Shown piece after piece: positions 42,228 through 53,426 of a stretch of DNA of 64,000 nt. The stretch is from Candidatus Bathyarchaeota archaeon (GTDB lineage Archaea > Thermoproteota > Bathyarchaeia > Bathyarchaeales > Bathycorpusculaceae): positions 14,703-78,702 of the forward strand of contig CAWAKC010000012.1 of NCBI GenBank assembly GCA_963782525.1. The letters run 5' to 3'. The position numbers and the translations under genes are program-made. Each line of letters starts with the position of its first letter. The first letter of the stretch is position 1. The notes under the pieces are model-generated. The model made no database searches. It had not been told where the DNA came from and worked only from the letters and a program-made list of their open reading frames with translations.

Positions 42228-43667
42228 TTGGTTAGGGAACCACGTTTGAAAGTCATGTTCATCGAGCCGCCTAAAGACATATGGTTCGTCATGGGCGAAT
42301 ACCTGCCCCCGCCCTATGGCATCATCCAACTCGCCGCCTACCTGGAAAGAGAAAACAAAAACGTCCAACTGGAGATTCTAGATTGCAATGCGGAGAAAGT
42401 TGATTGGAAGAAGATGGAGGAGCGCATTGCCGCTTCGAACCCAGATGTGGTGGCTTGTGCTTCTCTTGCGACCTGCAACACTTATGCTGTCGCAAAAACT
42501 CTTCAAACCGCTAAACGCATGGCGCCAAAAGCCCTCACTGTTACAGGCGGACAACATTTCACCGCAACCGCCCAAGACAGCCTTCAACTTTACCCAGAAA
42601 TCGACGTCATCATCCGTAATGAGGGTGAACAAACTTTAACTGAATTAGTTAAAGCACACCAGCAAGGAATAGGTTTCCAAAACATTACTGGCATCTCCTT
42701 TAGAAGCGGCGGAAAAATCGAAAATATCCCTTCGAGACCGTTGATTGCAAACCTGGAGGATTTGCCGTTTCCTGGCTACCACCTCGTCAAAGATAACATG
42801 CCCAAATACCATTTCTCCGCCATGTCCGGCAAAAGAGCACCGTACGCATTCATTGAGGGAGCACGCGGCTGTAACCATCAATGCACCTTCTGCACTCAGT
42901 GGCGCCACTGGCAAGCCTGCTGGCGACTCAAACCTGCGAAGCGTATCGCTGACGAAATGGCTTATTGCAGTCGGGAGTTTGGAAGTGAAATGATCTGGTT
43001 GACCGACGATAACTTTGGGACTGGACAACGTCCCATGGAAATCGCTGAAGAAATCATCAGCAAAAAGTTATCGGATGTGTCGTGGTTTGTTCAGGCTCGA
43101 TGTGACGACATAATCCGCAATAAAGACATTCTTCCACGGTTGGCTAAGTCAGGGTTAAGTTGGGTGCTGCTTGGAGTGGAAAATTCGAGTCCTACCACGC
43201 TGGACTACTTCAAAAAAGGGATTACGCCTAATGACGCAAAGAGGGCGGTTCGGCTGCTGCGTGACAACGGCATCTTCTCGCATGCCATGGTTATCATTGG
43301 TAACCGCAAAGAAACGCACCAATCCATTCTTCAACTGCGAGAGTTCGCCAACGACTTAGACCCCGACTTCATAATGTTCGGTATCCTAACGCCTTTTCCC
43401 GGTACAGAAGTTTACGCTGAGGCAGAACGTAACGGATGGATCGAAGACCGCAACTTGAACCACTACGACATGATTCATGCAATAATGCCGACCGAAATGC
43501 TGTCCACACATCAGGTGCAGGAGGAGCTCTACGGCTGCTACCGCGACTTCTACGGCTCTTGGATCAGGCGATTCCGTGGGCTATTCTCAAGTAAACCCAT
43601 GAAACGGCGCACGTACTGGCACATGTTACAGTCGGGCGTAATGGGCAAAATCAAATCAATGTTTTAG
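42228..43667 (+). CDS. Cobalamin-binding radical SAM enzyme
   Basis: N-terminal B12 domain (PPYG, GGQH), RGCNHQCTFC, DDNF, TPFPGT. Confidence 0.92.
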   Translation: MVREPRLKVMFIEPPKDIWFVMGEYLPPPYGIIQLAAYLERENKNVQLEILDCNAEKVDWKKMEERIAASNPDVVACASLATCNTYAVAKTLQTAKRMAPKALTVTGGQHFTATAQDSLQLYPEIDVIIRNEGEQTLTELVKAHQQGIGFQNITGISFRSGGKIENIPSRPLIANLEDLPFPGYHLVKDNMPKYHFSAMSGKRAPYAFIEGARGCNHQCTFCTQWRHWQACWRLKPAKRIADEMAYCSREFGSEMIWLTDDNFGTGQRPMEIAEEIISKKLSDVSWFVQARCDDIIRNKDILPRLAKSGLSWVLLGVENSSPTTLDYFKKGITPNDAKRAVRLLRDNGIFSHAMVIIGNRKETHQSILQLREFANDLDPDFIMFGILTPFPGTEVYAEAERNGWIEDRNLNHYDMIHAIMPTEMLSTHQVQEELYGCYRDFYGSWIRRFRGLFSSKPMKRRTYWHMLQSGVMGKIKSMF

Positions 43668-43676
43668 GCGAAAACT

Positions 43677-44369
43677 TTGCCGAAATCTGAACCTTCCAAG
43701 TTTTTCGTGTTGTTTTTGGTGGCTGTGGCAGTTTTTGGGTTGGCGCTTATCCCGCTTCTTTTGCTTTCGCCTAACCTGCAAACAGACCAAACACCTCTTC
43801 GACGTCCACTCGTAAGCGCAATTTACAGTATCGTCTGCATAATGGGCATAGTTGCGGTGTTTTATCCGGGCAAGTGCCGCATGATGTTCAAAAAACCCAA
43901 TGTGCCCCCCGACTCTTCGAAACCATCTTCTTCAACTAAGCAGTTTAAAGGGCACCATCCAGACTGCGAATACTTCTCGGGTAATCGGATCACAATGAGG
44001 GGCTCGGTTTTTTGCGCTGCATGTAGTGGCTTGTTGATGGGGGCAATCGCCGCAATGGTGGGGGTAGTTTTGTTTTCTTTAGGTTTTTTTAGTTTGAGAA
44101 TTGGAAACTTTTGGGTTCTGGCGGCTGGTGAAGTTTTGATGCTTGTTGGATTGGCTCAGTTAAAGATGGGAGGTTACGTCAAAATGGCGATGAACGCTCT
44201 GTTTGTTATCGGTTCATTCATTGCTTTGGTTGGAGCGGATTTGGTGGGGCAGAGCTTGCTCGTTGATGTGTACGTTCTTGGATTAATCGTTTTTATGTTG
44301 TGGTTTAGGATTTTGCTCTCAGAATGGAACAATAAACGAACCTGTTTGGCGTGCGGACGTTGCAGTTAG
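43677..44369 (+). CDS. Multi-TM protein with His/Cys metal motifs
   Basis: GHHPDC, FCAACSG, CLACGRC; starts 10 nt after the rSAM gene. Confidence 0.75.
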   Translation: MPKSEPSKFFVLFLVAVAVFGLALIPLLLLSPNLQTDQTPLRRPLVSAIYSIVCIMGIVAVFYPGKCRMMFKKPNVPPDSSKPSSSTKQFKGHHPDCEYFSGNRITMRGSVFCAACSGLLMGAIAAMVGVVLFSLGFFSLRIGNFWVLAAGEVLMLVGLAQLKMGGYVKMAMNALFVIGSFIALVGADLVGQSLLVDVYVLGLIVFMLWFRILLSEWNNKRTCLACGRCS

Positions 44370-44716
44370 GATGGTGGGTTAGGAGGGACGCCATATCGTC
44401 TGCGTCTTCCAAAAAGTGCGCCTAACACGATGAGCACGCCGAAGATGATTATTATGAATGGCCACAAATCTATCGTTATGCCGTAGGTAGCTTGCAAGAA
44501 CAAGCCTAACCCGACAAGGACTATGATGACGCCAATTATGATGCCAACAATCATCCCACCGTTGGGCAAACCAAAGCATTCGTTTTCCATGCGTCGGTAG
44601 TGTTCTCGGTCGCTCCCAGGGTAGCGTTGACCGACTGTGTATAAGGGCGCGCCACAGTTAGTGCAATTGATGTTTGTGTCGGGGTTTTGGGTGCCACATT
44701 TGCTACAGTAAACCAT
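44366..44716 (-). CDS. Zinc-ribbon membrane protein
   Basis: YCSKCG..CTNCG, ECFGLP, 2 TM helices. Confidence 0.85.
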   Translation of the reverse strand: MVYCSKCGTQNPDTNINCTNCGAPLYTVGQRYPGSDREHYRRMENECFGLPNGGMIVGIIIGVIIVLVGLGLFLQATYGITIDLWPFIIIIFGVLIVLGALFGRRRRYGVPPNPPS

Positions 44717-45183
44717 TAGAATTCCTCAAACAACAGTAAAACAGTATTTGGTTTTAAGATTTGCGGTAATAAAAAATTCGGGATGGTCAAATGCCCAGAT
44801 TGAGGGGCTTAAACTCCATTTGTCCAGCGAAGCAGCTTAAAAGACTCAGTTTATGGAAGTTTTTTGGGGTGTTGGGGTGTTAAATTTTTCATTTTGATTG
44901 AAAGAGAAAGACAAGAATTTAATCATGAGGGCGTATGCGGAATTCAGATATTAAAAGTTCAAGCCAAGAAAGGATGAAACTTGAAATCAGTTTTCAGGTA
45001 ACAAATCAAAATAACGGCGAGCACTATCGAGACCTCCAGTCTTCTCCAATTGACAAGGCATTATTTGACTGATTTATTTTCCTGAGAGTTAAATCGAATA
45101 TCGATCTTGCTAATACGCGGCTTTGAGAGCCTCAACCTCTCCGATATCTTGCATTTCCACATGGCAGTTGAAGTAAGTGTAGA

Positions 45184-45612
45184 TTATTCCTGGATTATTT
45201 CATAAGAATTTGTGATTTCTGCCGTTTTCTTGAGCATTGCTCCGACTGAACAGTATTTGTCGTTTGACAATTGAAACGCTCGCTCCACAGCTTCTCTACT
45301 CACGTTTTTCCATTTAACTACATATTTTATTTGGATTTTAGTGTAAACTTCGGGCGGTTCATCACGCCTCTCCCCTTTAACTTCAACCCAGTAACCGGAA
45401 ATGCTCTGACGCCTCTTTCTTAGAATGTTATCAACATCAAAACTTGTACACCCAGCAAGGCAAGCCAAAAGAGTTTCCATAGGTGAAGGCGCTGTTTCGT
45501 CGCCCCATATTTCTTAGGCGCATCAAAGTTAACTGTGAGACCATTGAGGTTTTTGCTTCAAAACGAAAATTGCCTTTCCATTCAAGAGTCATTTTCTTTT
45601 TTCAGCAGACAT
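45184..45612 (-). pseudogene. OsmC/YhfA-like protein, frameshifted in the 5' part
   Basis: PSPMETLLACLAGC...KYCSV; about three single-base deletions upstream. Confidence 0.75.
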
Positions 45613-45847
45613 AACTTCTATTTTGTTCTGGCAGAGAAAAACGTTACTACTTTGAAGCGAGCTTAGTGTCTTCTACGTTCCAAGCTTTGGTTTCTTCAGC
45701 TATGCAAAAATATTTGTGAACTGGCAATCAAAGAGGCATTCTAAAAAATTTGTTTAACAGTCTTTTGTCGGACATATTTCCAGTTTTGAAACTCCCTTTA
45801 ATAGCAAGCATATGAAGTAGTACGATATATCAAAAGGTGGATAAATC

Positions 45848-45985
45848 ATGAACGCATTCAGGAAAATAAGCCGCGGTCTTACTGTCCTTGCAATAGCTCC
45901 ATTGTCTGGGCTTGAGAAGAAAGAGCGAGACAGAAGACTTGCAGAACGAATCAAACATTTAGAAGAAAAAAATCGGTTCGCTTAG
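45848..45985 (+). CDS. 45-aa basic hypothetical protein
   Basis: AGGTGG SD; MNAFRKISRG...KNRFA. Confidence 0.4.
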   Translation: MNAFRKISRGLTVLAIAPLSGLEKKERDRRLAERIKHLEEKNRFA

Positions 45986-46233
45986 ATTCCGCGCTTGCCA
46001 TAATGTTCTCTTCCAGCATTCAAACAGATTTTCAATTGTCTTTTAACAATTCCAAGAAAGAAAATAATGTAAGGGTGAGTAGTACATCCAAGCCTAACTG
46101 ACTGCTTATAGTATGCCTAAAGCGTAACTTGACTAAGCTGATTTGCATATTTAGAGAATATAGTTTCATTTTGCTAGCTTTTCTAAAAATTCAAATATGC
46201 AAACATACTTTGGTCATTGGTGGAATGATAGAA

Positions 46234-46479
46234 ATGAAGAAATTATCAAAAGATGATTTCAAAAGATTGCTTAAACAATACAAAACGTTAAGCGTTGAGA
46301 AGTTGGAAATAGAAAATGAGATTCTTAAGGTGTATGAGTCTCTAATTGCTGACAGTTTTTTAAAAATAACTTCTGATAAACTAAAGACAATAGAATCTTT
46401 GAGGGAGAGATTGGATATCGTAAACCAAGAAATGAAGAAGACAGATAAGAAGATTTTAAAATTATTCAAAGATAACTAA
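46234..46479 (+). CDS. Small coiled-coil protein
   Basis: K/E-rich heptads; low-GC region. Confidence 0.55.
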   Translation: MKKLSKDDFKRLLKQYKTLSVEKLEIENEILKVYESLIADSFLKITSDKLKTIESLRERLDIVNQEMKKTDKKILKLFKDN

Positions 46480-46499
46480 TCTTATCTTTTTCTTTACCC

Positions 46500-47338
46500 T
46501 CAAAACATAGTTCTTATTATTAGTCGCTTGACTTTATTCCACATGCCGGTGAAATTAGCGTTTAGTTTGTCTAAGTCCTCAGGGTTTAATGTGTTGCTAA
46601 ATTTGTTACATCTACCGGCGTCCAGCTTTTTGCCGAATTCAAGAGCTTCGTAAGCTACTGTTTGGATTTTGTCCCACCATTCGTCATAGCCCTCCAAGAT
46701 TATACCCAATAGTGACTCATGTTTTTCATCAGAGAGCTCAACGGTTGGTGTAAGGCCAAGCAAACCAGAGGTGTATTCATCAAAGATTACTAAGTCAGCG
46801 GTGCTAAGTTTTTGTAAAACTTCTTGTGAAACCTTGCTGAATTCTTTGCTTAGCATTAACGCTTTAAGCTTCTGATAAATCAACACCAGCACAACGAAGT
46901 CGTTACAGTTAAGAATCTTCTGAAGCGCACATGCAGGGTCATTGAAAAACTCGCATTTCTCACAATCCGATGGATGTAGTAGCCACTTCATTTTTTGTAA
47001 TCTCTGGTTTTTACCGCATTCATCAACAAGTTTTTTGCAGACCTCAGTATTTTTTAAAAGTTGAAGTACCTTCGCGTTTTTGTTGTTTGAATGTTTTACC
47101 GAGTAACAGTGTAGTCACCTATACGATACGTTAGCTCAACAATTACGACTTTCTTGCCAGCATTGACTGCCTGCTTAATCAAACTGGTTGTTGCACCTGC
47201 TCGGGTAACTTTTAAGACAGGCACTATGCCGTTGAGCTGTAGAACTTGTAAAGCTAAGCTGTCTTGCTTCTCAAAATTCGATGTTGAGGCTTCTAAGCTG
47301 ACTTCAATCGGAGTTAGCGGTCTCATCATGCTTTTCAT
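46500..47338 (-). pseudogene. Degraded helicase-like protein of a mobile element
   Basis: TRAGATTSL (motif I-like), VVIVE.T (Ia-like), Cys cluster, IFDEY; frameshift near 47095 and truncated. Confidence 0.5.
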
Positions 47339-47898
47339 CCTCCCAAGCGGGTAGGTTTTTCACCACTAACTTGCGGTTAACATCGGTTTGCTTAACAAAA
47401 ATTACGGTTGCACCAATGCTGTCAAGGAAATCCTCGACTTGTTTGCGCCTCTAAGGGACGCTTCTAAAAACAATTGCAGTAATTTTTTCGTTCATTTTTT
47501 CACCAATCGGTCTTTCGGGAAGCTCCTAAATGAACACCCACACCAGAACTGTGTTTAATTAGTCAGCGTTTTTATGCCACTAAAATCAAGAAACCTAAAA
47601 CGTAAAAACAGAGGGAGAATGAATAGTACTAATTTTGTATTTTAATTCTACTGCTTAGAAATGATACAGTTAACACGCGGCACTCGTTGCAATAAAAACC
47701 GAAGTGGGTGAGGTGATAAACTTGACCCACAAAAAAGATTTTAAACGCTGGCTAACCAGCCTATTGATTACTTTGAAGATTGCGGAAATTCTGCTGAACA
47801 TAAGCCAAGCAAACAAAATTGGAGCAATCACCGCGATTTTTTCTTTGATATGTCTTTACGTTTCCACCAATGCAAAAAACACCGAAGAGCGGGAATAG

Positions 47899-48834
47899 CT
47901 AAAGAATATCAGCCATAGTGTTCAACATATTTATCATAAAGTCAGGCGACCTATTGTAAACACCCAACGGGATGCCCAAATCCACTATTTCTTTAAACTT
48001 ATCTCTTGGGAAAGGCGGCTGCAAAAAATAACGTTTGACCCTCAAAGCCCAACCGCCATTCTCTTTTAACAATTCATAGGTCTTTGGATGTATGATTCGT
48101 GCCACAAGAACAGGTCTAAGCCGCAAATAGCCACAAATGCTCAAAAGTGAGTTAACCTCAGCAAGCGAAGGATGCTGCATTTTGTTCTTAACTTGAATAC
48201 CAACAAAAACATCTTTTTGAGGAACTTTTGCAATAAAATCTAAATCAGTCGGTCTGCCTGCTTTTGAACTTGGACGATATGAGCGCCCATTAAACGCATA
48301 CGCATCCTTCGCCACAACAACATAGGACGCTTGGATTAACGCTTGCTCAACAAGATATTCTGAGTAATCCATGTAAGTGATTCCGTCTTTTTCAAAGGAC
48401 CGAGGGTACTTCTTGTAAAAATGAGCTAACTCAGATTTTGTTTTTGCAATCGCTTCGAAATCTTCCCATTTTTCACCCTTGTTATAGAACCACCTGTTTT
48501 CAAACGCAACCGAGGTCTTAATCTTACCCTTTTTTAGTAGATTTAGCAATGCAAGGTAAGTATCCTTATGTAAACAATCTTCCTCAAGACAAACTTGGAG
48601 CTCTCTAAGATACGCAACCCGCTTAGGTATAAGAAGACCTAAAAGTTTCTGATTTAGACCCTGTTTTTTTCCACGAAGCTCAATGACTAAGCGGTTAATC
48701 TCTTGCTCATCAATTCTCCACCAGCCTCGCTCATCTTTAACTGCCTTGATTTTACCTGAATATACCCATCTCTTAAGAGTAATGAAACTGATTCCAATCC
48801 GCTTAGCTGCTTCTTGCGTTGAGTATTGAACCAT
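47899..48834 (-). CDS. Excisionase/MerR-like HTH fused to a PD-(D/E)XK nuclease-like domain
   Basis: YSTQEAAKRIGISFITLKRW..SGKI; TDLDF...IQVKN. Confidence 0.75.
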   Translation of the reverse strand: MVQYSTQEAAKRIGISFITLKRWVYSGKIKAVKDERGWWRIDEQEINRLVIELRGKKQGLNQKLLGLLIPKRVAYLRELQVCLEEDCLHKDTYLALLNLLKKGKIKTSVAFENRWFYNKGEKWEDFEAIAKTKSELAHFYKKYPRSFEKDGITYMDYSEYLVEQALIQASYVVVAKDAYAFNGRSYRPSSKAGRPTDLDFIAKVPQKDVFVGIQVKNKMQHPSLAEVNSLLSICGYLRLRPVLVARIIHPKTYELLKENGGWALRVKRYFLQPPFPRDKFKEIVDLGIPLGVYNRSPDFMINMLNTMADIL

Positions 48835-49002
48835 GCACTACCAAGTTAGTTTCTTACTTAAGTTGTATATAAAATACCCATAGAGCCCCTACTCCAATAA
48901 ACTTAAGATATGTTTTTGGCTCTATCAACGCATAATTTAGGCTACAGCAAAACTTTTAAGCCCAAAACTGCGCTTATATCTACCAACTGAGCCTAAAACA
49001 AG

Positions 49003-49311
49003 ATGCTTAGCCAAAAGGAGATTGAATTTCTGCGCTCTCCCGAGAACTTCTCAATAGACTACTCTTACGTTCTGAAGCACAAAATTAGAAGTAAGGTAAA
49101 AGCTTTGAACGATGAACTTGTGCTTCTTGAGCAGGCAGGTCTTATTGAATTTAGTAAGATTACGGAAATCAGTAAGAATGAACCAAGCTCAAAACAAGCT
49201 TCTTTTAAGAATTGTGTGGTGGGGCTCCCCGGATTTGAACCGGAGTCTATAGAGCCCAAGTCTACAAGCCTAGACCAAGCTAGCCGAGAGCCCCAACTAT
49301 TTACTGATTAA
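49003..49311 (+). CDS. Probable N-terminal fragment of an SSV-type partitioned integrase
   Basis: ORF reads antisense through tRNA-Pro (VVGLPGFEPES), the arrangement typical of int(N). Confidence 0.5.
   Translation: MLSQKEIEFLRSPENFSIDYSYVLKHKIRSKVKALNDELVLLEQAGLIEFSKITEISKNEPSSKQASFKNCVVGLPGFEPESIEPKSTSLDQASREPQLFTD
49217..49294 (-). tRNA. tRNA-Pro(TGG), CCA encoded
   Basis: GGGGCTC/GAGCCCC acceptor stem, GTAGA-CTTGGGC-TCTAT anticodon arm, TTCAAAT. Confidence 0.93.
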
Positions 49312-49966
49312 GGCGGGTCGCACAGTTTTTTAGGTCATCAACCTTTATGTGACCACGTAGTTGACCATCATTAGCCTTTTCAGTTGTCAGAGAGATAGAT
49401 TGTGTTTTTAATAAAGTTTTCAGATAATCTATGCTTTGGTGATGACACTCAAACCCTCACGCATTAATCTTCACACAGATACGTCTTTAGACTTGGATGG
49501 CTGGAGTGCTGGAAGAGCTATTTAATGACTATTAAGAACTATTTTTGGAGTGTATAATTGGTTACTTTGTTCAAAGGTTATTTAAAGCAACAAACAACAA
49601 TTTAGTCGAGGTTTAGATTGTCCCTAAGAAGGATGAAAGCAGGTTATGCAATTGGCGTAGGAATTGGATATTATTTGTATTATTAGGCATCAGCAGCTCA
49701 ATAGTGTATTTTTTTACTGTTAGGCAGTTATGGCATCTTTTCCGGTTTAATGATTTACAGTGGGTTTCACATCAAATACCTCTATAGCATTAGATCAAAG
49801 TATGCACTATTCTTTTTAGCAATCCTGTTAGCAACAACTCTGAGTTTCATTTTCATCTTTTGGTGGATATGGAATCAACCTTTTTACATCTAACAACAAG
49901 TTTTGGAGCATAAAATAACTTGAGAGCGAGTTAATCTAATAAGTAAACGGCAAATAATAGAGAAAT

Positions 49967-50290
49967 ATGTTAAAGATTGCTAATTATGCAATTATTACCA
50001 ATATTCTTCTTGCTTTACTGTTTATCTATTCTAATTTTGCACTTTGGAATTCAATAAATGGAAATAGCACAACTAAGCTAATCACAAGCCATTGGAATCC
50101 TCTATTCGTTACAGCTAGACATTATAGTTATATCAACGGCATTTTCGCTACAGTACAAGGCATATTCTCTTATTGCAATACACCGTTTTGGATATTCTTA
50201 ATGTTATTAGCTGTAAACATATTCTTTTTACTTAAACTGTCAAAAGACAAAGTGAGGGTGTCCAATTTGCCCCTTAGTGCCGGTTTATGA
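49967..50290 (+). CDS. Small 2-TM protein
   Basis: Two hydrophobic helices. Confidence 0.6.
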   Translation: MLKIANYAIITNILLALLFIYSNFALWNSINGNSTTKLITSHWNPLFVTARHYSYINGIFATVQGIFSYCNTPFWIFLMLLAVNIFFLLKLSKDKVRVSNLPLSAGL

Positions 50291-50294
50291 CGCG

Positions 50295-50525
50295 CTATTC
50301 CTCTTTAACTGGAGAATAGATTGCTAAGTCAATTTTATTGTCCAAGACTGCTAAAGAATAGTTTTTTGCAATTATTTTGATTTGTTCTATACTATCGGTG
50401 GATAATCCTTTGAATTGCACTGTGCAACCCGTTTGCTTTGGATTGTTGGATTCATTTTCTACAATAGAAATTGCTTGAGGTCCCAACTCTGGAATTTTGA
50501 ATGCAATTTCTTTGAGAAGATTCAT
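50295..50525 (-). CDS. Small hypothetical protein
   Basis: 76-aa ORF, compact alpha/beta-like composition. Confidence 0.45.
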   Translation of the reverse strand: MNLLKEIAFKIPELGPQAISIVENESNNPKQTGCTVQFKGLSTDSIEQIKIIAKNYSLAVLDNKIDLAIYSPVKEE

Positions 50526-50913
50526 AGCTTGAACTCTATCTATTACTTATTCCCCATTTGGGTTTTGCTGGCCGATCTTTGATTTTCGCAATTTTTGATT
50601 CATGAAATAGATGTAGATGCCACCGTAGTAGCTTTTATTTTCAAGAGCCGTTTTGTGGTTGCTCATATTCTTGATTTGCATAAATCACCCTCCATGCGTA
50701 CAGTCTAAATCCAGTTATCTTTAATGCCAATTAACACTTCTTAAGAAAACTTATTCGCCAAATCTGCAAAGAATTCTTTACCTCTTGCCAAATCTAATTT
50801 GCAAAATATGAGAACGCAGCTTCCCACCAAGAAACTTACTAATCTCAGAAAAGAGAGCTTGATAAAAAAAGCACTTAAGCAAATCTATTCTCATAGCATG
50901 ACAGGTAATTTAG

Positions 50914-51621
50914 ATGCCAAAGAAACTGTTGGCAATAACAATCATCATACCATTAGCATTTTCAATTTTATCTTCAGTGTCTATGGTGAGTGCAAATTTT
51001 GCTCCAGCGGAAGGTTTGTATATCCAAGGTCCAGGTCACCTAATATACTCTGGAAATGATAGCGGTTCCATTCCACTATGGGTTGAAGCTGTTGTTCCCC
51101 CAGGAGTACCTATAGTTATTGCCATCAGCTACAGCGTTGATGATGGAGCAAACACTACCTTATCTAAATTGGATTATACAACCTATCACTCTTCAGGAAC
51201 ATATTACAACAGGGATGTTTACTTTGATAGAAATGAAAAACTGAATAACTTAACTGAGGGCACACTTACTGTCAGGACTTATTCACTTGACATTAGTGGC
51301 AATAAAACGGTGTCAGATTTAGCTGTTTTCACAGTTCAAAAAAATGGAAAAACGAATATTTCTAAATGGATTTCCAGATGGTATGCCACAGCCTACAACC
51401 ATAGCCCCCAATTACCAACCCTGACTCAAACGCCTTCAAAAATTCCCACCACAACTTTAGCTTAATCTTCAGGTTCTAATTATTGGTTAAATTCAACATT
51501 TCTTACTTCAATGACCATCATGATTGCAATAGTAGCTGTTGCTTCAATCTCACTAGTTTATTTTAGGAAAAGAAAAAACAAGCTAACAAGTAAGCCAAGT
51601 TATCTCGAGTTTTGGCAATAA
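50914..51621 (+). pseudogene. Cell-surface protein, frameshifted before the TM anchor
   Basis: Signal peptide VSANF, YSVD, NLTEG; anchor IMIAIVAVASISLVYFRKRK lies in another frame. Confidence 0.6.
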
Positions 51622-51760
51622 TTCAAAAATTTTATCACTAATCATATAATCTGTACAATTAACGCCTGTTATTGAGCCTACAAATGAGGGGACTTTAGAA
51701 AAAAGTGTCCGTTTGAATGCGAGAAAGCGCTTTAAAGCAACCAGCACATAGCTGTATGCA

Positions 51761-52339
51761 GTGACCGATTTGCCACGTGAATTCATCCTTTTCTCGCGCA
51801 TAGGACAAACTGACTCAAACTTCCTCAACCTCCACGACGCAGGCAGACTCGACATAGTCCATGAATGCATAGTCAGCAGCCTGTTTTTTTCCCATGGTTT
51901 GCGCAGGGATGTGACATTCCACGCTATCCTTAATGGTCCACCGAACCCGCCAGTGCATGTTCAAATTGATGGCAGCACCCTCTACGATGTACGAACCGAC
52001 ATGGACACCTGGCAAGTAATCCTCAAAAAAACCCTATCAGGCAAACCCCACCCGGGAATAACCAAAGACAAAACCAGCTTCGAAGCACTCGTTAAAATCA
52101 AAGCGCAAACACGTCAGGTCTATGTTCTTGAAGAAGACGGAAAAAACATAAGTGAGGTATCGCTTGGCGATAACTGCCTCTTCATCCTCGGCGACCACGT
52201 GGGCTTACCCAAGAAAGCCGAGCTTTTTGCGCAGAGGTTTGGAGAAAAAATCAGCCTCGGCAAACAACCGTATCTAGCAGCTTCATGCATCACAATAATC
52301 AATTACACGTTGGATCAAAAGGCTAAACTTCGCTCTTGA
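51761..52339 (+). CDS. trmY: tRNA (pseudouridine54-N1)-methyltransferase (SPOUT)
   Basis: REFI, AGRLD, SHGLRRD, GPP.PP, FILGDHVG, ISLG..YLA..CI. Confidence 0.9.
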   Translation: MTDLPREFILFSRIGQTDSNFLNLHDAGRLDIVHECIVSSLFFSHGLRRDVTFHAILNGPPNPPVHVQIDGSTLYDVRTDMDTWQVILKKTLSGKPHPGITKDKTSFEALVKIKAQTRQVYVLEEDGKNISEVSLGDNCLFILGDHVGLPKKAELFAQRFGEKISLGKQPYLAASCITIINYTLDQKAKLRS

Positions 52340-53330
52340 AGTGCTCCCAACCGCGAGGCTCTATTGGAACCAGCTTATCGTCGATGCGCAAGACTATTTG
52401 TTTTTCTTCAGTAACTTTTCCGATGGACAAAAGTTTTCCGCCGACAGCTTCCACAGCCGCCGCAGCAACATCCCACTTTTCAGGCTTAACGGTTACAACC
52501 AACTCGTATTCTTCGCCGCCATAAAGCACCAACTCAGATGCGTCAAGGCTGTTTAGTTCTGCAAACCTCTTAACTTCTGGAGCCACTGGAACCTCATCGA
52601 GTTGAAAGCCCACGTTACTTAAACGTGCAAGTTCATGCAAAGTCCACGCCAAGCCATCGCTGGAATCCATCGAAGCTGAAACCACATCGCAGCCGCCAAG
52701 AGCCAAACCTTCCGCTAACCTTGCTTTGGGCATGAAAACTGCATCTAAGAGGGCCTTCGCGTTTTTGGAAGCTACACATTCGCTAAGTAGCAAATGTAAC
52801 CCCGCCGCTGATTTGCCGAAGAATCCTGTGACTGCCAAGACATTACCGGGTTTTGCACCGCTGCGAAGCATAATCGCCGATTTTTGTGCAGTTCCGTAGA
52901 GTGAGATTGAAATTATCAGTTCTGAGGTTTCGCTTGTGTCGCCGCCGATTATGTAAGCGCCGTATTCTTGTGCTCCGGCGTTCAAGCCGTTTGCGACTTC
53001 CTCAATGTTTTTTTGGGTAAAGCCGGCTGGTAACCCCAACGCAACGAGGGCAGCGGTGGGTTGGACGCCTTTGGAGGCGAAGTCGCTTATGTTCATTATT
53101 AGGGCTTTTCTTGCGGCTTGGAAAAGAGTCATTTCGTCTGGCACATCTGTTTTGCCAACGAGCATGTCGGTTTTAAGAACTGCAACTTTATTTTCGTCTA
53201 TGTTGACTGCGGAAACGTCATCTCCAAATGGCACAGGCATATTGGGCATGGCTGCTAAATTCTTCTGGATGATTTGGATTATCTTGTGTTCGCCCAAACT
53301 TTTAGCTGTTGGATTTCTACTCTTGTTCAT
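52323..53330 (-). CDS. thiL: Thiamine-monophosphate kinase
   Basis: GDD, NISDFASKG, IGGDT, RSGAKPG, DSSDGL, GGEEYEL. Confidence 0.95.
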   Translation of the reverse strand: MNKSRNPTAKSLGEHKIIQIIQKNLAAMPNMPVPFGDDVSAVNIDENKVAVLKTDMLVGKTDVPDEMTLFQAARKALIMNISDFASKGVQPTAALVALGLPAGFTQKNIEEVANGLNAGAQEYGAYIIGGDTSETSELIISISLYGTAQKSAIMLRSGAKPGNVLAVTGFFGKSAAGLHLLLSECVASKNAKALLDAVFMPKARLAEGLALGGCDVVSASMDSSDGLAWTLHELARLSNVGFQLDEVPVAPEVKRFAELNSLDASELVLYGGEEYELVVTVKPEKWDVAAAAVEAVGGKLLSIGKVTEEKQIVLRIDDKLVPIEPRGWEHFKSEV

Positions 53331-53426
53331 TTGCGGTTCCCCATTTTTATTGAGTTGTTTATTGCTTTTAAGTTTGGGGTTTGTGAAACTTTAAAAATTG
53401 GTTCCGTGTTGATAAGCGTCTGTGGC

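Noticed and set aside
47335-47494. In-frame TAG in a small ORF as possible pyrrolysine read-through
   Set aside because: It lies in a decayed element; TAG ends several intact genes here (katG, glyA, the SGNH gene) and no pyl genes are visible
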